DNA from: an uncultured Calditrichota bacterium
GTDB lineage: Bacteria > Calditrichota > Calditrichia > Calditrichales > CAYPHA01
NCBI GenBank assembly: GCA_964410215.1
Contig: CAYPHA010000001.1
Coordinates: forward strand, 138,924-202,923
DNA: 64,000 bases
Direction: 5' to 3'
Position 1 is the first letter of the stretch. Every line of letters starts with the position of its first letter. The notes under the pieces are model-generated. The model worked only from the letters and a program-made list of their open reading frames with translations. It was not told where the DNA came from and made no database searches. Shown in pieces: positions 25,969-35,789 of the stretch. A program made the translations under genes and the position numbers.

Positions 25969-27759
25969 ATGCGTGTGACACTCTATTCCTGTTTATTTGT
26001 ACTAATTATAAGCTATGCTTTATCCTCACAGGGTGCTGAATCCAAACTGGAAACGCCTTCTCTGAAACCGGCACCGTGGAACCATCTGAAAGTCAATGAT
26101 GCAGAAAAGCAGTTTCAGTTCGCCATTGTTTCGGACCGCACAGGGGGGCTGAGGCCCGGTGTGTTTGCCAACGCGATCGATAAACTGAATCTTCTCCAGC
26201 CGGAATTTGTTCTCAGTATCGGCGACCTTATCGACGGCTATACGGAAGACACCGCGCTGATGCAGAGTCAGTGGAAGGAGTTAGATGCATTGATTGACGG
26301 GCTGGACGTTCCGTTCTTCTATCTACCCGGGAATCATGATATTACAAATGCAAAAATGGTAAAATTATGGCAGGAGCGCCTCGGACCAACCTATTATCAT
26401 TTCATATATAAAGATGTTCTTTTTTTGTGCCTCAATACGGAGAACCGCGAAGGGGACCGGATCGATCCTGGTCAGGTCGCCTATTTTGATTCGGTCATAA
26501 CCGCCCATGATGACAGCCGGTGGATCATGGTGTTCATGCACAATCCGCTGTGGGATTACAAAAATAAAAGTGGCTATGAAAAAATCGAAAAGCTGCTGGA
26601 CGGTAAACAATACACCCTTTTTTCGGGCCATCGGCATCAGTACCTTTATGATGAAAAAAATGGCAAGGAACATTTTGTGCTGGCAACAACAGGAGGGGGC
26701 AGTGCATTGAGGGGCGCCCGTTTCGGTGAATTCGATCATATTACCTGGGTGACCATGAAGGAGACGGGACCGGTCATCGCCCATCTTACCCTCGATGGTA
26801 TTATGGATAAGGAAATTGTCACGCGAGATGATTTTTCAAGGGTACAAACCTTGCGAGACGGATCGTGGTTTTACATTGAACCGGTTGTGAGCCCGGAATC
26901 AGCATTCGAAACGCTGCAAACATACATCATTTTAAGAAATCCAACGGACCATCCCATGACCGTGAACGGGAAACTCGCTTCAGTTGATGGGCTGGAATTT
27001 GACCCGGCCCGGATTGACTGTCAGCTTGCGTCCCAATCTGAAGAAAGGGTACCGCTTACGTTGAACGCCGGAGAAAAGCCGGTATCCATTCCTGACCTGA
27101 AACCCGTCCGGGTCGAATTGACGGCACAATTCAATGAGGAACTGGCCCTGCCGGCTACAAAGGAATTGATTATGGATTGGATTCACGAATGTCCTTCCGG
27201 TAATACCTCTTTCGATCTTGATGGCAACCTGGTGGACTGGACGGATATTCCTTTTATCGATGTCAGGTATCCGCAGTTCCTGCAGGAAGGGTGGGATTGG
27301 CATGGTGCTGAAGACGGATGGTTTCGATTCGCCGTCACCTACGATAATGATTTTCTTTACGTCGCCTTCCAATCGTTCGATGATGTAATCCTGATGGCAC
27401 CGGAGAAAGCAGGTGGTGCCCGTGATCGGTTTTATCTGCATGTCGATTTGGGGTACAGTGGAAACGCGTCCGGTGCAACGCCTTCGGAATGGCGGAAAAA
27501 CTATACGATTCCGGGGGAAGCGGAGCAGGATGGTATCACCTGTGAGACCCGTCTCGGAGGAAACGGGCTGATTGCGGAATGTGCCATACCTGTGCAGCAA
27601 TTCTTCAGGAATGCTGACGGAAAGCGGACTTTCCGTTTGAATGCCGGCTATATGGATCATGACAACCCGCAGAATACGGAACCGTCCATAATCTGGTGGC
27701 GCCCCCTCTGGGACCATCGTGCAGACTACGCCGGATCCGGCGTGTTTATTGTAGATTAG
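25969..27759 (+). CDS. secreted calcineurin-like metallophosphoesterase with a C-terminal beta-sandwich (CBM9/DOMON-like) region
   Basis: Signal peptide. Motifs VSDRTGG, GDLIDGY, LPGNHD, VFMHNPLW and SGHRHQ. SD gggaga upstream. Confidence 0.85.
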   Translation: MRVTLYSCLFVLIISYALSSQGAESKLETPSLKPAPWNHLKVNDAEKQFQFAIVSDRTGGLRPGVFANAIDKLNLLQPEFVLSIGDLIDGYTEDTALMQSQWKELDALIDGLDVPFFYLPGNHDITNAKMVKLWQERLGPTYYHFIYKDVLFLCLNTENREGDRIDPGQVAYFDSVITAHDDSRWIMVFMHNPLWDYKNKSGYEKIEKLLDGKQYTLFSGHRHQYLYDEKNGKEHFVLATTGGGSALRGARFGEFDHITWVTMKETGPVIAHLTLDGIMDKEIVTRDDFSRVQTLRDGSWFYIEPVVSPESAFETLQTYIILRNPTDHPMTVNGKLASVDGLEFDPARIDCQLASQSEERVPLTLNAGEKPVSIPDLKPVRVELTAQFNEELALPATKELIMDWIHECPSGNTSFDLDGNLVDWTDIPFIDVRYPQFLQEGWDWHGAEDGWFRFAVTYDNDFLYVAFQSFDDVILMAPEKAGGARDRFYLHVDLGYSGNASGATPSEWRKNYTIPGEAEQDGITCETRLGGNGLIAECAIPVQQFFRNADGKRTFRLNAGYMDHDNPQNTEPSIIWWRPLWDHRADYAGSGVFIVD

Positions 27760-27811
27760 GTAAAATCGTTATGGGTTTTTATAAAAGTAAGCAGAAATAA
27801 AACAATTTGTA

Positions 27812-27916
27812 ATTTAAATCACCTGCCGGGCTGACGGCGTGGCAAGCGGCATCTATTTTTATACCATTGAAGCCGGCCCCTATCATGCCGTACGAAAAAT
27901 GATACTTTTGCAGTGA
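27812..27916 (+). pseudogene. orphan relic of a T9SS C-terminal sorting domain
   Basis: Translation is FKSPAGADGVASGIYFYTIEAGPYHAVRKMILLQ*. This is the canonical last strands of a T9SS CTD. It lies 52 nt after the phosphoesterase stop, has no start codon, and follows an in-frame TAA at 27809. Confidence 0.55.
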
Positions 27917-28047
27917 GTGGGAATAAAAACGGGAAGAAATGCTTACACTTAGTTGTTAATGTGATGAACAGCATAGCTTATGCGTTCTGAATATGATACT
28001 CTTGAAAACCAAAACAACAGTGTAGTAACAATAATTAAGGGGGACAT

Positions 28048-28848
28048 ATGTCACGCTTACGCATTTTTTCTATTTTACTTTTATCTGCTTCTTTTCTGAT
28101 GGTTTCCTGTTCAGATGATAAGGGTACGGATTCCAATCAGAGTGCTATTCCGGACAATGCTGTGGAATTTCAATCATCCGAGGAAGTTGCCATCTATTCT
28201 CAATCCGTGTTTTACAGTGTTGCCGCTTTCATGTCTCAGGGAAAATCATACCTGACTGTCAAAGAAAGTAAAGGAACCCTGGAGAAGACCACCACAACCC
28301 AGGACGGCGACACAACCTATTTTGACGAAGATACAGGCACCTGGATTTCAGAAGGTTTTGTTGACATGGAACAGGAAGGTAACAATATCGACATGGGATA
28401 TTACCATGAGATTCAATTTCTGAGCGGCGAGGAAGCGCAGCAATTTCCTGTTAATATCGATGCCATGCATATCCTGATGGATGTTGTCGGAAATTATAAC
28501 ATCTCCAGTGAAGGCAATACCTACATAATGGATTTAAAATACCACCTGGACCTTACCTATACCGGTTTGCAGGGCACGGCGGTTGTGATAAACGGGAATG
28601 GCCTATATGATTATGAGTTTGAATTTTCCGGACAGCAGAACAGTAAAAGCCGGATATATTTTCTGTATACCCTCAACAATATGACCATACCGGAAGAGGG
28701 CTATCCTGTCGGTGAAATGAGCCTTGAGACCAAACGCTGGTCGGTCGATATCGTCTTCGACGGTTCGGACTCGGCAATACTGACGATTATGGATTCCGGC
28801 AGGCTTGTCAATACGGATGATTTCTATCTGGGAGATTTTTATTATTAA
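28048..28848 (+). CDS. hypothetical lipoprotein
   Basis: Signal plus lipobox LMVSCSDD, SD aaggggg, and a terminator downstream. Confidence 0.7.
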   Translation: MSRLRIFSILLLSASFLMVSCSDDKGTDSNQSAIPDNAVEFQSSEEVAIYSQSVFYSVAAFMSQGKSYLTVKESKGTLEKTTTTQDGDTTYFDEDTGTWISEGFVDMEQEGNNIDMGYYHEIQFLSGEEAQQFPVNIDAMHILMDVVGNYNISSEGNTYIMDLKYHLDLTYTGLQGTAVVINGNGLYDYEFEFSGQQNSKSRIYFLYTLNNMTIPEEGYPVGEMSLETKRWSVDIVFDGSDSAILTIMDSGRLVNTDDFYLGDFYY

Positions 28849-28876
28849 TCCAGGATTTCAAAATAATTCAGTTATT

Positions 28877-28905
28877 AAAGCCCCGACTCCGGGGCTTTTT
28901 GTGTT
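28877..28905 (+). terminator. rho-independent terminator
   Basis: AAAGCCCCG, loop ACTC, CGGGGCTTT, then TTTGTGTTTT. Confidence 0.75.
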
Positions 28906-29017
28906 TTATAGCAGATAAAGAATCATTTGAACGGGAAGCTCTCCTTATTTAGCTTACCGGTTATTCAGTCATTTATAGGAATACATCGGTTATCTTATTA
29001 TACATGGAGCTTCACCT

Positions 29018-30118
29018 ATGCGATTAAATGTTGGTATGTTCCTGCTGGTTATCAGTGTTTCTTTCCTTGCTTTATCTTGTGAAAGCCCCCGCGAGGTACC
29101 GGATACTTATACAAATACCCTCGTTCTGGTCAACCCCGATGTGGGTGACCTGTCTTCCTTTTTATCGATGATGGACGATAACATCGTTGACCTGCCGGAT
29201 ACCGAGCTCCATGTTGTCCATTATCAGCCGGTCCGGAACCGTTATGAGACCACGAAAGAATACGTGGAAGAAAACGGATACACAAACGTACGGTTTGAAC
29301 AGATCGAGGGCGTCCTGAATGCGGATAACCTCTTTCAGGAAAACGACTGCAGTGCCGATTTTTGGCGGATCTTTGAAAACAGTAACGGGGCTCTCTTTTT
29401 CGGCGGAGCGGATTTTCCACCCGTTGTGTACGGGGCAAGGACCAATCTGCTGACCGCTATACGCACCCCTTTCCGGCACTATTTTGAACTGTCATTTTTA
29501 TTTCACCTGCTGGGCGGCTCTCAGGATACAACCCGGGCACCTTTGCTGGAAGAAAATCCCCAATACGTGGTCTACGGTTTCTGTCTGGGAATGCAGACCA
29601 TGAGTTCAGCGACCGGCGGTACCATGTACCAGGATATTCCAACCGAAGTTTACGGATTGAAATATGTGGAGGATGTCGTGGAGCAGGATCCGGATGCCAT
29701 GCACCGTAATTACTGGCGGAATCTCGCACCGCGGGAAGATCTCATCTGGTGCAATTTTCATCGTATCCGCTTTATTGCGGAGCGTTTTTTTATTTCAGAA
29801 ATGGATTTAATACCGGATTTTAATCCTTATGTCTGCAGCAGTCATCATCAGGCGGTCAAAGATCTGGGCAGGGGATTCGAAATTACGGCCTGGTCCATGG
29901 ATGGTAAAGTAGCAGAGGCGATAGCGCACAAAAAATATCCAAATGTGATTGGTGTGCAATTTCATCCGGAAGCATATGCTATCTATTCACCGGAAGCGGG
30001 GAAACACAAACGCTCACCTGCCGATACGGTGCTGGTTTCCGAATATGATGTCATTAATGAGAAAAACAGTCTGGATTTTCATAAAAAATTCTGGATGCAT
30101 TTTTCGGAATCGTTTTGA
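29018..30118 (+). CDS. lipoprotein; peptidase C26 / class I glutamine amidotransferase-like gamma-glutamyl hydrolase
   Basis: Lipobox FLALSC (Cys21). Nucleophile elbow YGFCLGMQTM and His block IGVQFHPE. Confidence 0.8.
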   Translation: MRLNVGMFLLVISVSFLALSCESPREVPDTYTNTLVLVNPDVGDLSSFLSMMDDNIVDLPDTELHVVHYQPVRNRYETTKEYVEENGYTNVRFEQIEGVLNADNLFQENDCSADFWRIFENSNGALFFGGADFPPVVYGARTNLLTAIRTPFRHYFELSFLFHLLGGSQDTTRAPLLEENPQYVVYGFCLGMQTMSSATGGTMYQDIPTEVYGLKYVEDVVEQDPDAMHRNYWRNLAPREDLIWCNFHRIRFIAERFFISEMDLIPDFNPYVCSSHHQAVKDLGRGFEITAWSMDGKVAEAIAHKKYPNVIGVQFHPEAYAIYSPEAGKHKRSPADTVLVSEYDVINEKNSLDFHKKFWMHFSESF

Positions 30119-30229
30119 CCCACACATCAAAGATCCCTAAAGGATAACAGGATAGCAAATTACCTTTTATATCATAGAATTTTTTAAACGTTACTAGAAA
30201 ATAACACAGGTGCTGAAAGGAAAAAGCGA

Positions 30230-31717
30230 ATGAAAAAACGCCCCTTTAATCTTTTACCTTTAATCTTTAATCTTTCTTTGCTCCTTCTCTTCTCCTGCAG
30301 CTCCGAAAAGCAAGTGGCAAAAGACATCACCGATGTCATATTAAATAACAAAAGCAGCTATTTTTATCTGGACACAGAGCGTTATCCCATAAATGACAAG
30401 ACGCTGCCTATTGGCATTTTTGACTCCGGAACAGGCGGGCTGACGGTCCTGGATGCGATCATTACATTTGATCAGCATGATAACGGGAGTCATGAGTCAA
30501 AAGAAACCGGGGATGGCGTTTATGATTTCCAGTCCGAATGTTTTATTTATCTCGGCGATCAGGCCAATATGCCTTATGGAAACTATTCCCGGGAAAACAA
30601 TGCGCCCTTACTGGAGGAGCATATTATTAAAGATGTTCAATTTCTTTTGGGAAACCGTTATTACCGAAATGCACAAGATAAATCGTTTCAAACGGATAAA
30701 CAGCCGGTCAAAGCCATCGTCATTGCCTGCAACACGGCAACGGCCTATGGAAAAACCAAAATAGAAGCGTTCCTTGAAAAAGCAGATCTGGATATCAAGG
30801 TCATCGGGGTGATCGATGCAGGCGTGCGCGGGGCGCTGGCAACACTGGACAAGGATGAGGATGCGGTCATCGGTGTGATGGCGACAGCGGGAACCGTCTC
30901 ATCAGGCGGGTATCCCAAGGCGCTGAAGCGTTGGAGCGAAGAATTGGGATATAGCGGTGATATCGCGGTTTTCCAGCAGGCCGGGATTGGCCTGGCCGGG
31001 GCAATCGACGGCTCATCGGAATACATCGCGCTGGATACGAATAAACCTTCCGAAACATACAAAGGGCCTTCGGAGATGAATCAGTCCTGCCCGCTTGATC
31101 TGACTTTGAGCGACCAGTACGACTTTGACTGGGATAAAGGGAAGATGCTGTTTGATGGTGACCGGGAACATCCGGAGAATATCCAAATAAATTCGGTCGA
31201 AAATTATATTTCCTATCATGTGGTTTCCCTCCTGGAAACGATCCGGAAGAATAGTAAAAAGGGAAAATTGAAGGCGATTATCCTGGGGTGCACCCATTAT
31301 CCCTTCTATACCGATGTGTTTGAACAGGAACTGAAACGGCTTTATCATTTTAAGGAAGACGGGCGTTATGTGTACAGACCTTACATGACGGAACAGATTA
31401 CACTGATCGACCCGGCTGTCAACACGGCACGGGAACTTTACAACCATATGAAAGCAACACATTTGTTTAACAATTCCGACCTGACAAAAAGCCGGTTCTT
31501 TATCAGTGTTCCGAATCCGCACAATGAAGGCAATGAATTAGATGCGGCAGGCAAGTTTACCTATGAATTCAAATACGGGCGCAAAGCCGGTTACATGCAG
31601 GAATATGTAAAACGTGTGCCGTTCAGCCACCGGTCCGTCTCTCCGGATGTCCTCAAACGCCTGGAAAATAAAATGCCGCATGTTTATGATCTTTTTAGAG
31701 AAAATATCGAATACTAA
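30230..31717 (+). CDS. lipoprotein; extended glutamate-racemase (Asp/Glu racemase) homolog, 495 aa
   Basis: Lipobox LLLFSC (Cys23). MurI motifs IGIFDSGTGGLTVLDAI, YLGDQANMPYG, AIVIACNTATA (Cys167) and AIILGCTHYPF. Large insertions relative to 260-290-aa MurI proteins. Confidence 0.8.
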   Translation: MKKRPFNLLPLIFNLSLLLLFSCSSEKQVAKDITDVILNNKSSYFYLDTERYPINDKTLPIGIFDSGTGGLTVLDAIITFDQHDNGSHESKETGDGVYDFQSECFIYLGDQANMPYGNYSRENNAPLLEEHIIKDVQFLLGNRYYRNAQDKSFQTDKQPVKAIVIACNTATAYGKTKIEAFLEKADLDIKVIGVIDAGVRGALATLDKDEDAVIGVMATAGTVSSGGYPKALKRWSEELGYSGDIAVFQQAGIGLAGAIDGSSEYIALDTNKPSETYKGPSEMNQSCPLDLTLSDQYDFDWDKGKMLFDGDREHPENIQINSVENYISYHVVSLLETIRKNSKKGKLKAIILGCTHYPFYTDVFEQELKRLYHFKEDGRYVYRPYMTEQITLIDPAVNTARELYNHMKATHLFNNSDLTKSRFFISVPNPHNEGNELDAAGKFTYEFKYGRKAGYMQEYVKRVPFSHRSVSPDVLKRLENKMPHVYDLFRENIEY

Positions 31718-31739
31718 TCTATTCTCCTGAGAGCGATTA

Positions 31740-32708
31740 ATGCCCTTAATAGATACATCTTCCTACCGGCCTCCTCTTATGTTTAGTAACGGGCATATTC
31801 TGTCTATCTATCCCTCCGTGTTTCGTAAACTCAGCGCTGATTTCTATACCAGGGAACGTATAGAAACCCCGGATGATGATTTTCTGGACCTGGACTGGTC
31901 CCGCGTCGGCAGTGATAAACTGGCCATTATCTCCCATGGTCTGGAGGGGGATTCTCACCGGTCCTATGTCGTCGGTATGGTCAGGGAATTGAACCGGCAT
32001 GGCTGGGATGTCCTGGCCTGGAATTTTCGTTCCTGCTCCGGAGAAATGAACCGTCAGTTGCGCTTCTATCACAGTGGCTCCATCGAAGATCTTGAAGTGG
32101 TCGTGAACCATGCCCTATCTCAAAACCGTTATAAAACAATTGCCCTGACCGGTTTCAGCATGGGTGGTAACCTGACCCTGGTCTATCTGGGGAAAAAAGC
32201 GGATATACTGGATTCCCGAATACGGAAAGCAGTGGTTTTCTCGGTACCATGCGATCTGGGCTCCAGTGCCGCGCAGCTTGCAAAAAAGCGGAATATGATA
32301 TACATGAAACGCTTTTTAAATCTGCTGCATCGCAAAGTACAGGCCAAGATGGCCATCATGCCTGAACGGATTAATGATGACGATTACCATCTCATTAAAA
32401 ATTTCAGGCAATATGATGACCGGTATACCGCCCCCATCCATGGCTTTAAAAATGCGGAAGATTACTGGCGGAAATGCAGCAGCAGGCAGTTCATTCCTTC
32501 CATCCGTATTCCCACGCTAATCGTGAACGCACATAATGATCCTTTTCTCGGAGAGACCTGCTATCCTTATAGGGAAGCCGGCAGCAGCCCCTCTGTTTTC
32601 CTGGAAACTCCGAAATCAGGCGGACATGTGGGATTTATAGAATGTAACAGGGATAACAGGTACTGGTCGGAAAAGCGGGCCGTCGCCTTCCTGAATACCG
32701 GTCAATAA
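31740..32708 (+). CDS. alpha/beta hydrolase, YheT/ABHD1-3-like
   Basis: ISHGLEGDS, nucleophile elbow TGFSMGGN, and NAHNDPF with GGHVGF at the C-terminus. Confidence 0.85.
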   Translation: MPLIDTSSYRPPLMFSNGHILSIYPSVFRKLSADFYTRERIETPDDDFLDLDWSRVGSDKLAIISHGLEGDSHRSYVVGMVRELNRHGWDVLAWNFRSCSGEMNRQLRFYHSGSIEDLEVVVNHALSQNRYKTIALTGFSMGGNLTLVYLGKKADILDSRIRKAVVFSVPCDLGSSAAQLAKKRNMIYMKRFLNLLHRKVQAKMAIMPERINDDDYHLIKNFRQYDDRYTAPIHGFKNAEDYWRKCSSRQFIPSIRIPTLIVNAHNDPFLGETCYPYREAGSSPSVFLETPKSGGHVGFIECNRDNRYWSEKRAVAFLNTGQ

Positions 32709-32801
32709 CCATTTACACTTCTTTTACAATCGCATGTCTGCATTATTCTAAATTTGTTGACATTATTCATCACCGGTTGATTTTACCATAATGGACAGGT
32801 C

Positions 32802-33443
32802 ATGGGAACAGCATTCAGAGATCCGTTAAGTGGTCTGACACATTGTATCGGTGCCGGCTTATCCATTGCCGGATTAGTGTTTCTGCTGTCACGTCCATTC
32901 GGGCCGTTTACGACCTATCATGCGGTTTCATTCGCCATCTTTGGCGGTGGGATGATCCTTCTATATACGTTCAGTACCTTTTACCACTGGCTGCCTTTGT
33001 CCGGGAAAAACCGGGAGCTGTTCCGAAAACTGGATCATATGATGATTTTTGTGTTTATCGCGGCTTCCTATACACCGGTTTGCCTGGTAATCCTGCAGGG
33101 TGCCTGGGGCTGGTCGATATTCGGAACGGTTTGGGGGGTAACCGTTTCAGGGATCATACTGAAAGTCTTCTGGCTACACGCTCCCCGGTTTTTATACACC
33201 TCGATTTACCTGCTGATGGGATGGATTATCGTCATCGGAATATGGCCGCTCTCGCAGAAAATGGATCCGGCGGGCCTGATGTGGATGGTCATCGGCGGAG
33301 TGTTTTATTCCGTTGGGGCTCTCATTTACGCGATAAAAAAACCCGATCCGTGGCCCGGCCTCTTCGGCTTTCATGAAATCTTTCATATCTTCATCATGCT
33401 GGGCAGTGTTTCCCATTACTGGATGGTGTACCGCTATGTCTGA
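32802..33443 (+). CDS. hemolysin III / PAQR-family membrane protein
   Basis: 7 TM segments. Motifs RKLDHMMIFVFIAASYTP and FHEIFHIFIMLGSVSHY. Confidence 0.9.
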   Translation: MGTAFRDPLSGLTHCIGAGLSIAGLVFLLSRPFGPFTTYHAVSFAIFGGGMILLYTFSTFYHWLPLSGKNRELFRKLDHMMIFVFIAASYTPVCLVILQGAWGWSIFGTVWGVTVSGIILKVFWLHAPRFLYTSIYLLMGWIIVIGIWPLSQKMDPAGLMWMVIGGVFYSVGALIYAIKKPDPWPGLFGFHEIFHIFIMLGSVSHYWMVYRYV

Positions 33444-33457
33444 TCGGTGTCTTCCGG

Positions 33458-35548
33458 TCATGTCGAACAGTATCTGTCCCTGAGTTCCTGAATCCCTTTC
33501 GGATAGCTGATAATGGTCAGTCGATCCTGTTCCAGAAGGACGGTCCCTCCCGTTGGTACGATGATCTGTCCTCCCCTGTGGATGATTGTAATCAGACTGC
33601 CCTGGGGCAATGAGATGTCACGAACCGCCTGCCCGATCAGCTCTTCCACAGGGGTGCCGCTATTCAGGACGAGGGAGATATAATGATCCTCCCGCAGCAT
33701 GACCTCTTTAAGGTCCTGTTCATTTTTTGCTTCCAGCCATTGATTGATAAATTTTTCATCGTCGACATGACTGGCAATCTGGGCAAGAATGCGCAAATGC
33801 TGTCCGGGGTTTTCCTCCGGGCTGGCCAGGAAGAAAAACGCATAGATCGGTTTCCCGATATCCTGTTCGGCGATAAAACTGGTGTCGATATTGATTTTTA
33901 TACCGAAGCGGGAACGCACCATGATCATTTCGGAGTGTTCAATTCCCTGAATGCGGATGTGTGGAAGCGCCGCACCATGAGAAACCGGCGTGGCACCGAC
34001 CTGTGTACCTTCCATAAATGATTTTTCAAATAAGGCGGCCTCACCACCTACGATGGCGGACAGATGCCGGGAAGCGATGCGTACGACCTCTTCAAAAGAC
34101 GTCTTTTCATTGAGTTCTATGAACCTGGAATTGGCAACCACGGTATCGAACGGATCCTGATCGCGCAGACCCTTTTCCTTTAAAATACTTCTCAGCTCGA
34201 TATCCAGTCCTTCGAACCGGCGCTGACCCAGCCGGGCAAAGATATGATAGATAGCGCCGTCGCGAACGACGCGGTCTTTCCCGTAATAAAGATACCACCC
34301 AATGCCGAGGATGACGAACATAACAGTAAAAAGTGTCGGCAGCCAGCCCATTTCGAATATCAGCCAGAAGGGGGCGATTATCCCAAGAATCTGCATCCAG
34401 GGATAAAATGGAGAACGGAAACCGGGATCATACGAATCCAGACGGCTTTCGCGCATGACGATGACGGCGAGGGAAATAAGGGCAAAGAGGAGAAGCTGAA
34501 AAGCCCCGGCCAGTTTGGCAATTTTGGTAGGATTCAGAACCAGCAGAATCAGTATAACCATAAATACCGTCAGGATAATGGCATATTTCGGTGTTTTTTG
34601 TTTTGTAAATGCTCTCAGAAAACGGGGCATCAGGTGATCGCGGCTCATGGCCAGCGGATAACGCGAACAACTCATAATTCCGGCATTGGCCACGGAGAAA
34701 AATGCGATAATGGCTGCGGTCGTCATGAGGATCTTACCCGGTTCACCCATAATAATAGTGGCGGCACTTGCCACAGGCGTAAGGTCTCCTGAAAGGTGAT
34801 CGCCGGCCATGACACCAATGATAACCATTGTGCCCACCGCATAAACAAGCATGGCCGTTCCAAGGGCCAGGAACATGGCCAGGGGAATATTTTTATCCGG
34901 ATTTTTAACTTCTTCCGAGACGCTGGCAATTTTAGATAATCCAACATAACTGACATATACCAGACCGGCAGTGGCGAAGAGGGAATCGATTCCCCTCTCA
35001 AAAAAACCATTGAAGTGTTGCATATTAATTTTGGGAACGCCATAACCTGAGAATATACTCAGCAGCAAGAGGAGGCCGATCACCAGGATACCCTGGAAAA
35101 ATCCCGCTAGTTTTGCTCCCATCAGGTTGATAACGCCGAATAACAGGGCGAAAAAAACAGCCAAAGGTATCATGGGTACCTGCGGCAGGAAGAGACTCAT
35201 ATAGGCCCCGATACCGACCAGGGCAAAAGCGGTTTTAAGGATAAGGGCCAGCCAGGTGCCGAGTCCGCCGATGGTGCCCATCATGGGACCCATACTGCGG
35301 TCCAGGAAAAAATAAACCCCGCCGGCCCGGGGCATGGCGGTCGACAATTCGGCGGTGCTGAATAAGGCGGGAATAACCGGTACGGCGGCGATAATATAAC
35401 TCAGTATCATGGCCGGTCCGGCCTGGGAATACGCCAGACCGGGTAACAGGAAAAAGCCGCTTGCTATGGTTGCACCGGTGGCAATGGCGTAAATATTGAA
35501 CAGGTTCAATTCCTTTTTTAACCGTTTAGCATCATTCAGTATAGCCAT
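33458..35548 (-). CDS. APC-superfamily amino-acid permease fused to PTS-EIIA(type 2)-like and TrkA-C domains
   Basis: About 12 TM segments (IYAIATGATIASGFFLLPG...). The cytoplasmic tail has GATPVSHGAALPHIRIQG (EIIA-2 His loop) and a terminal ISLPQGSLITIIHRGGQIIVPTGGTVLLEQDRLTII (TrkA-C). Confidence 0.85.
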   Translation of the reverse strand: MAILNDAKRLKKELNLFNIYAIATGATIASGFFLLPGLAYSQAGPAMILSYIIAAVPVIPALFSTAELSTAMPRAGGVYFFLDRSMGPMMGTIGGLGTWLALILKTAFALVGIGAYMSLFLPQVPMIPLAVFFALLFGVINLMGAKLAGFFQGILVIGLLLLLSIFSGYGVPKINMQHFNGFFERGIDSLFATAGLVYVSYVGLSKIASVSEEVKNPDKNIPLAMFLALGTAMLVYAVGTMVIIGVMAGDHLSGDLTPVASAATIIMGEPGKILMTTAAIIAFFSVANAGIMSCSRYPLAMSRDHLMPRFLRAFTKQKTPKYAIILTVFMVILILLVLNPTKIAKLAGAFQLLLFALISLAVIVMRESRLDSYDPGFRSPFYPWMQILGIIAPFWLIFEMGWLPTLFTVMFVILGIGWYLYYGKDRVVRDGAIYHIFARLGQRRFEGLDIELRSILKEKGLRDQDPFDTVVANSRFIELNEKTSFEEVVRIASRHLSAIVGGEAALFEKSFMEGTQVGATPVSHGAALPHIRIQGIEHSEMIMVRSRFGIKINIDTSFIAEQDIGKPIYAFFFLASPEENPGQHLRILAQIASHVDDEKFINQWLEAKNEQDLKEVMLREDHYISLVLNSGTPVEELIGQAVRDISLPQGSLITIIHRGGQIIVPTGGTVLLEQDRLTIISYPKGIQELRDRYCST

Positions 35549-35789
35549 GAATATCCCTTTTTTTGCCGGTCATGATAATTATAGTCTTTAAAAAGATTGC
35601 ATGCAATGCTTTTCGAATAGGGCATCAGCCTATCCGTTATATCGGCAGGAAAGGTTCGATGTTACAGATTGCGACAGATATTTATTGCTTGGTTTAGAGT
35701 CGAAGCAGGGTTAAATTGGATAAAACAGCATTGATGCATACCCGTTCCTGCGGTAGTCGCCTTGAAACTAAACCAATAAAGAGTATGAA

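Noticed and set aside
26980-27717. 245-aa minus-strand ORF opposite the metallophosphoesterase
   Set aside because: This is a shadow ORF. The plus-strand gene has the full set of phosphoesterase metal motifs.
32843-33376. 177-aa same-strand alternative-frame ORF within the hemolysin III gene
   Set aside because: The frame encoding the PAQR motifs and 7 TM segments is clearly the real one. The alternative frame is Arg/Gly-rich with no membrane character.
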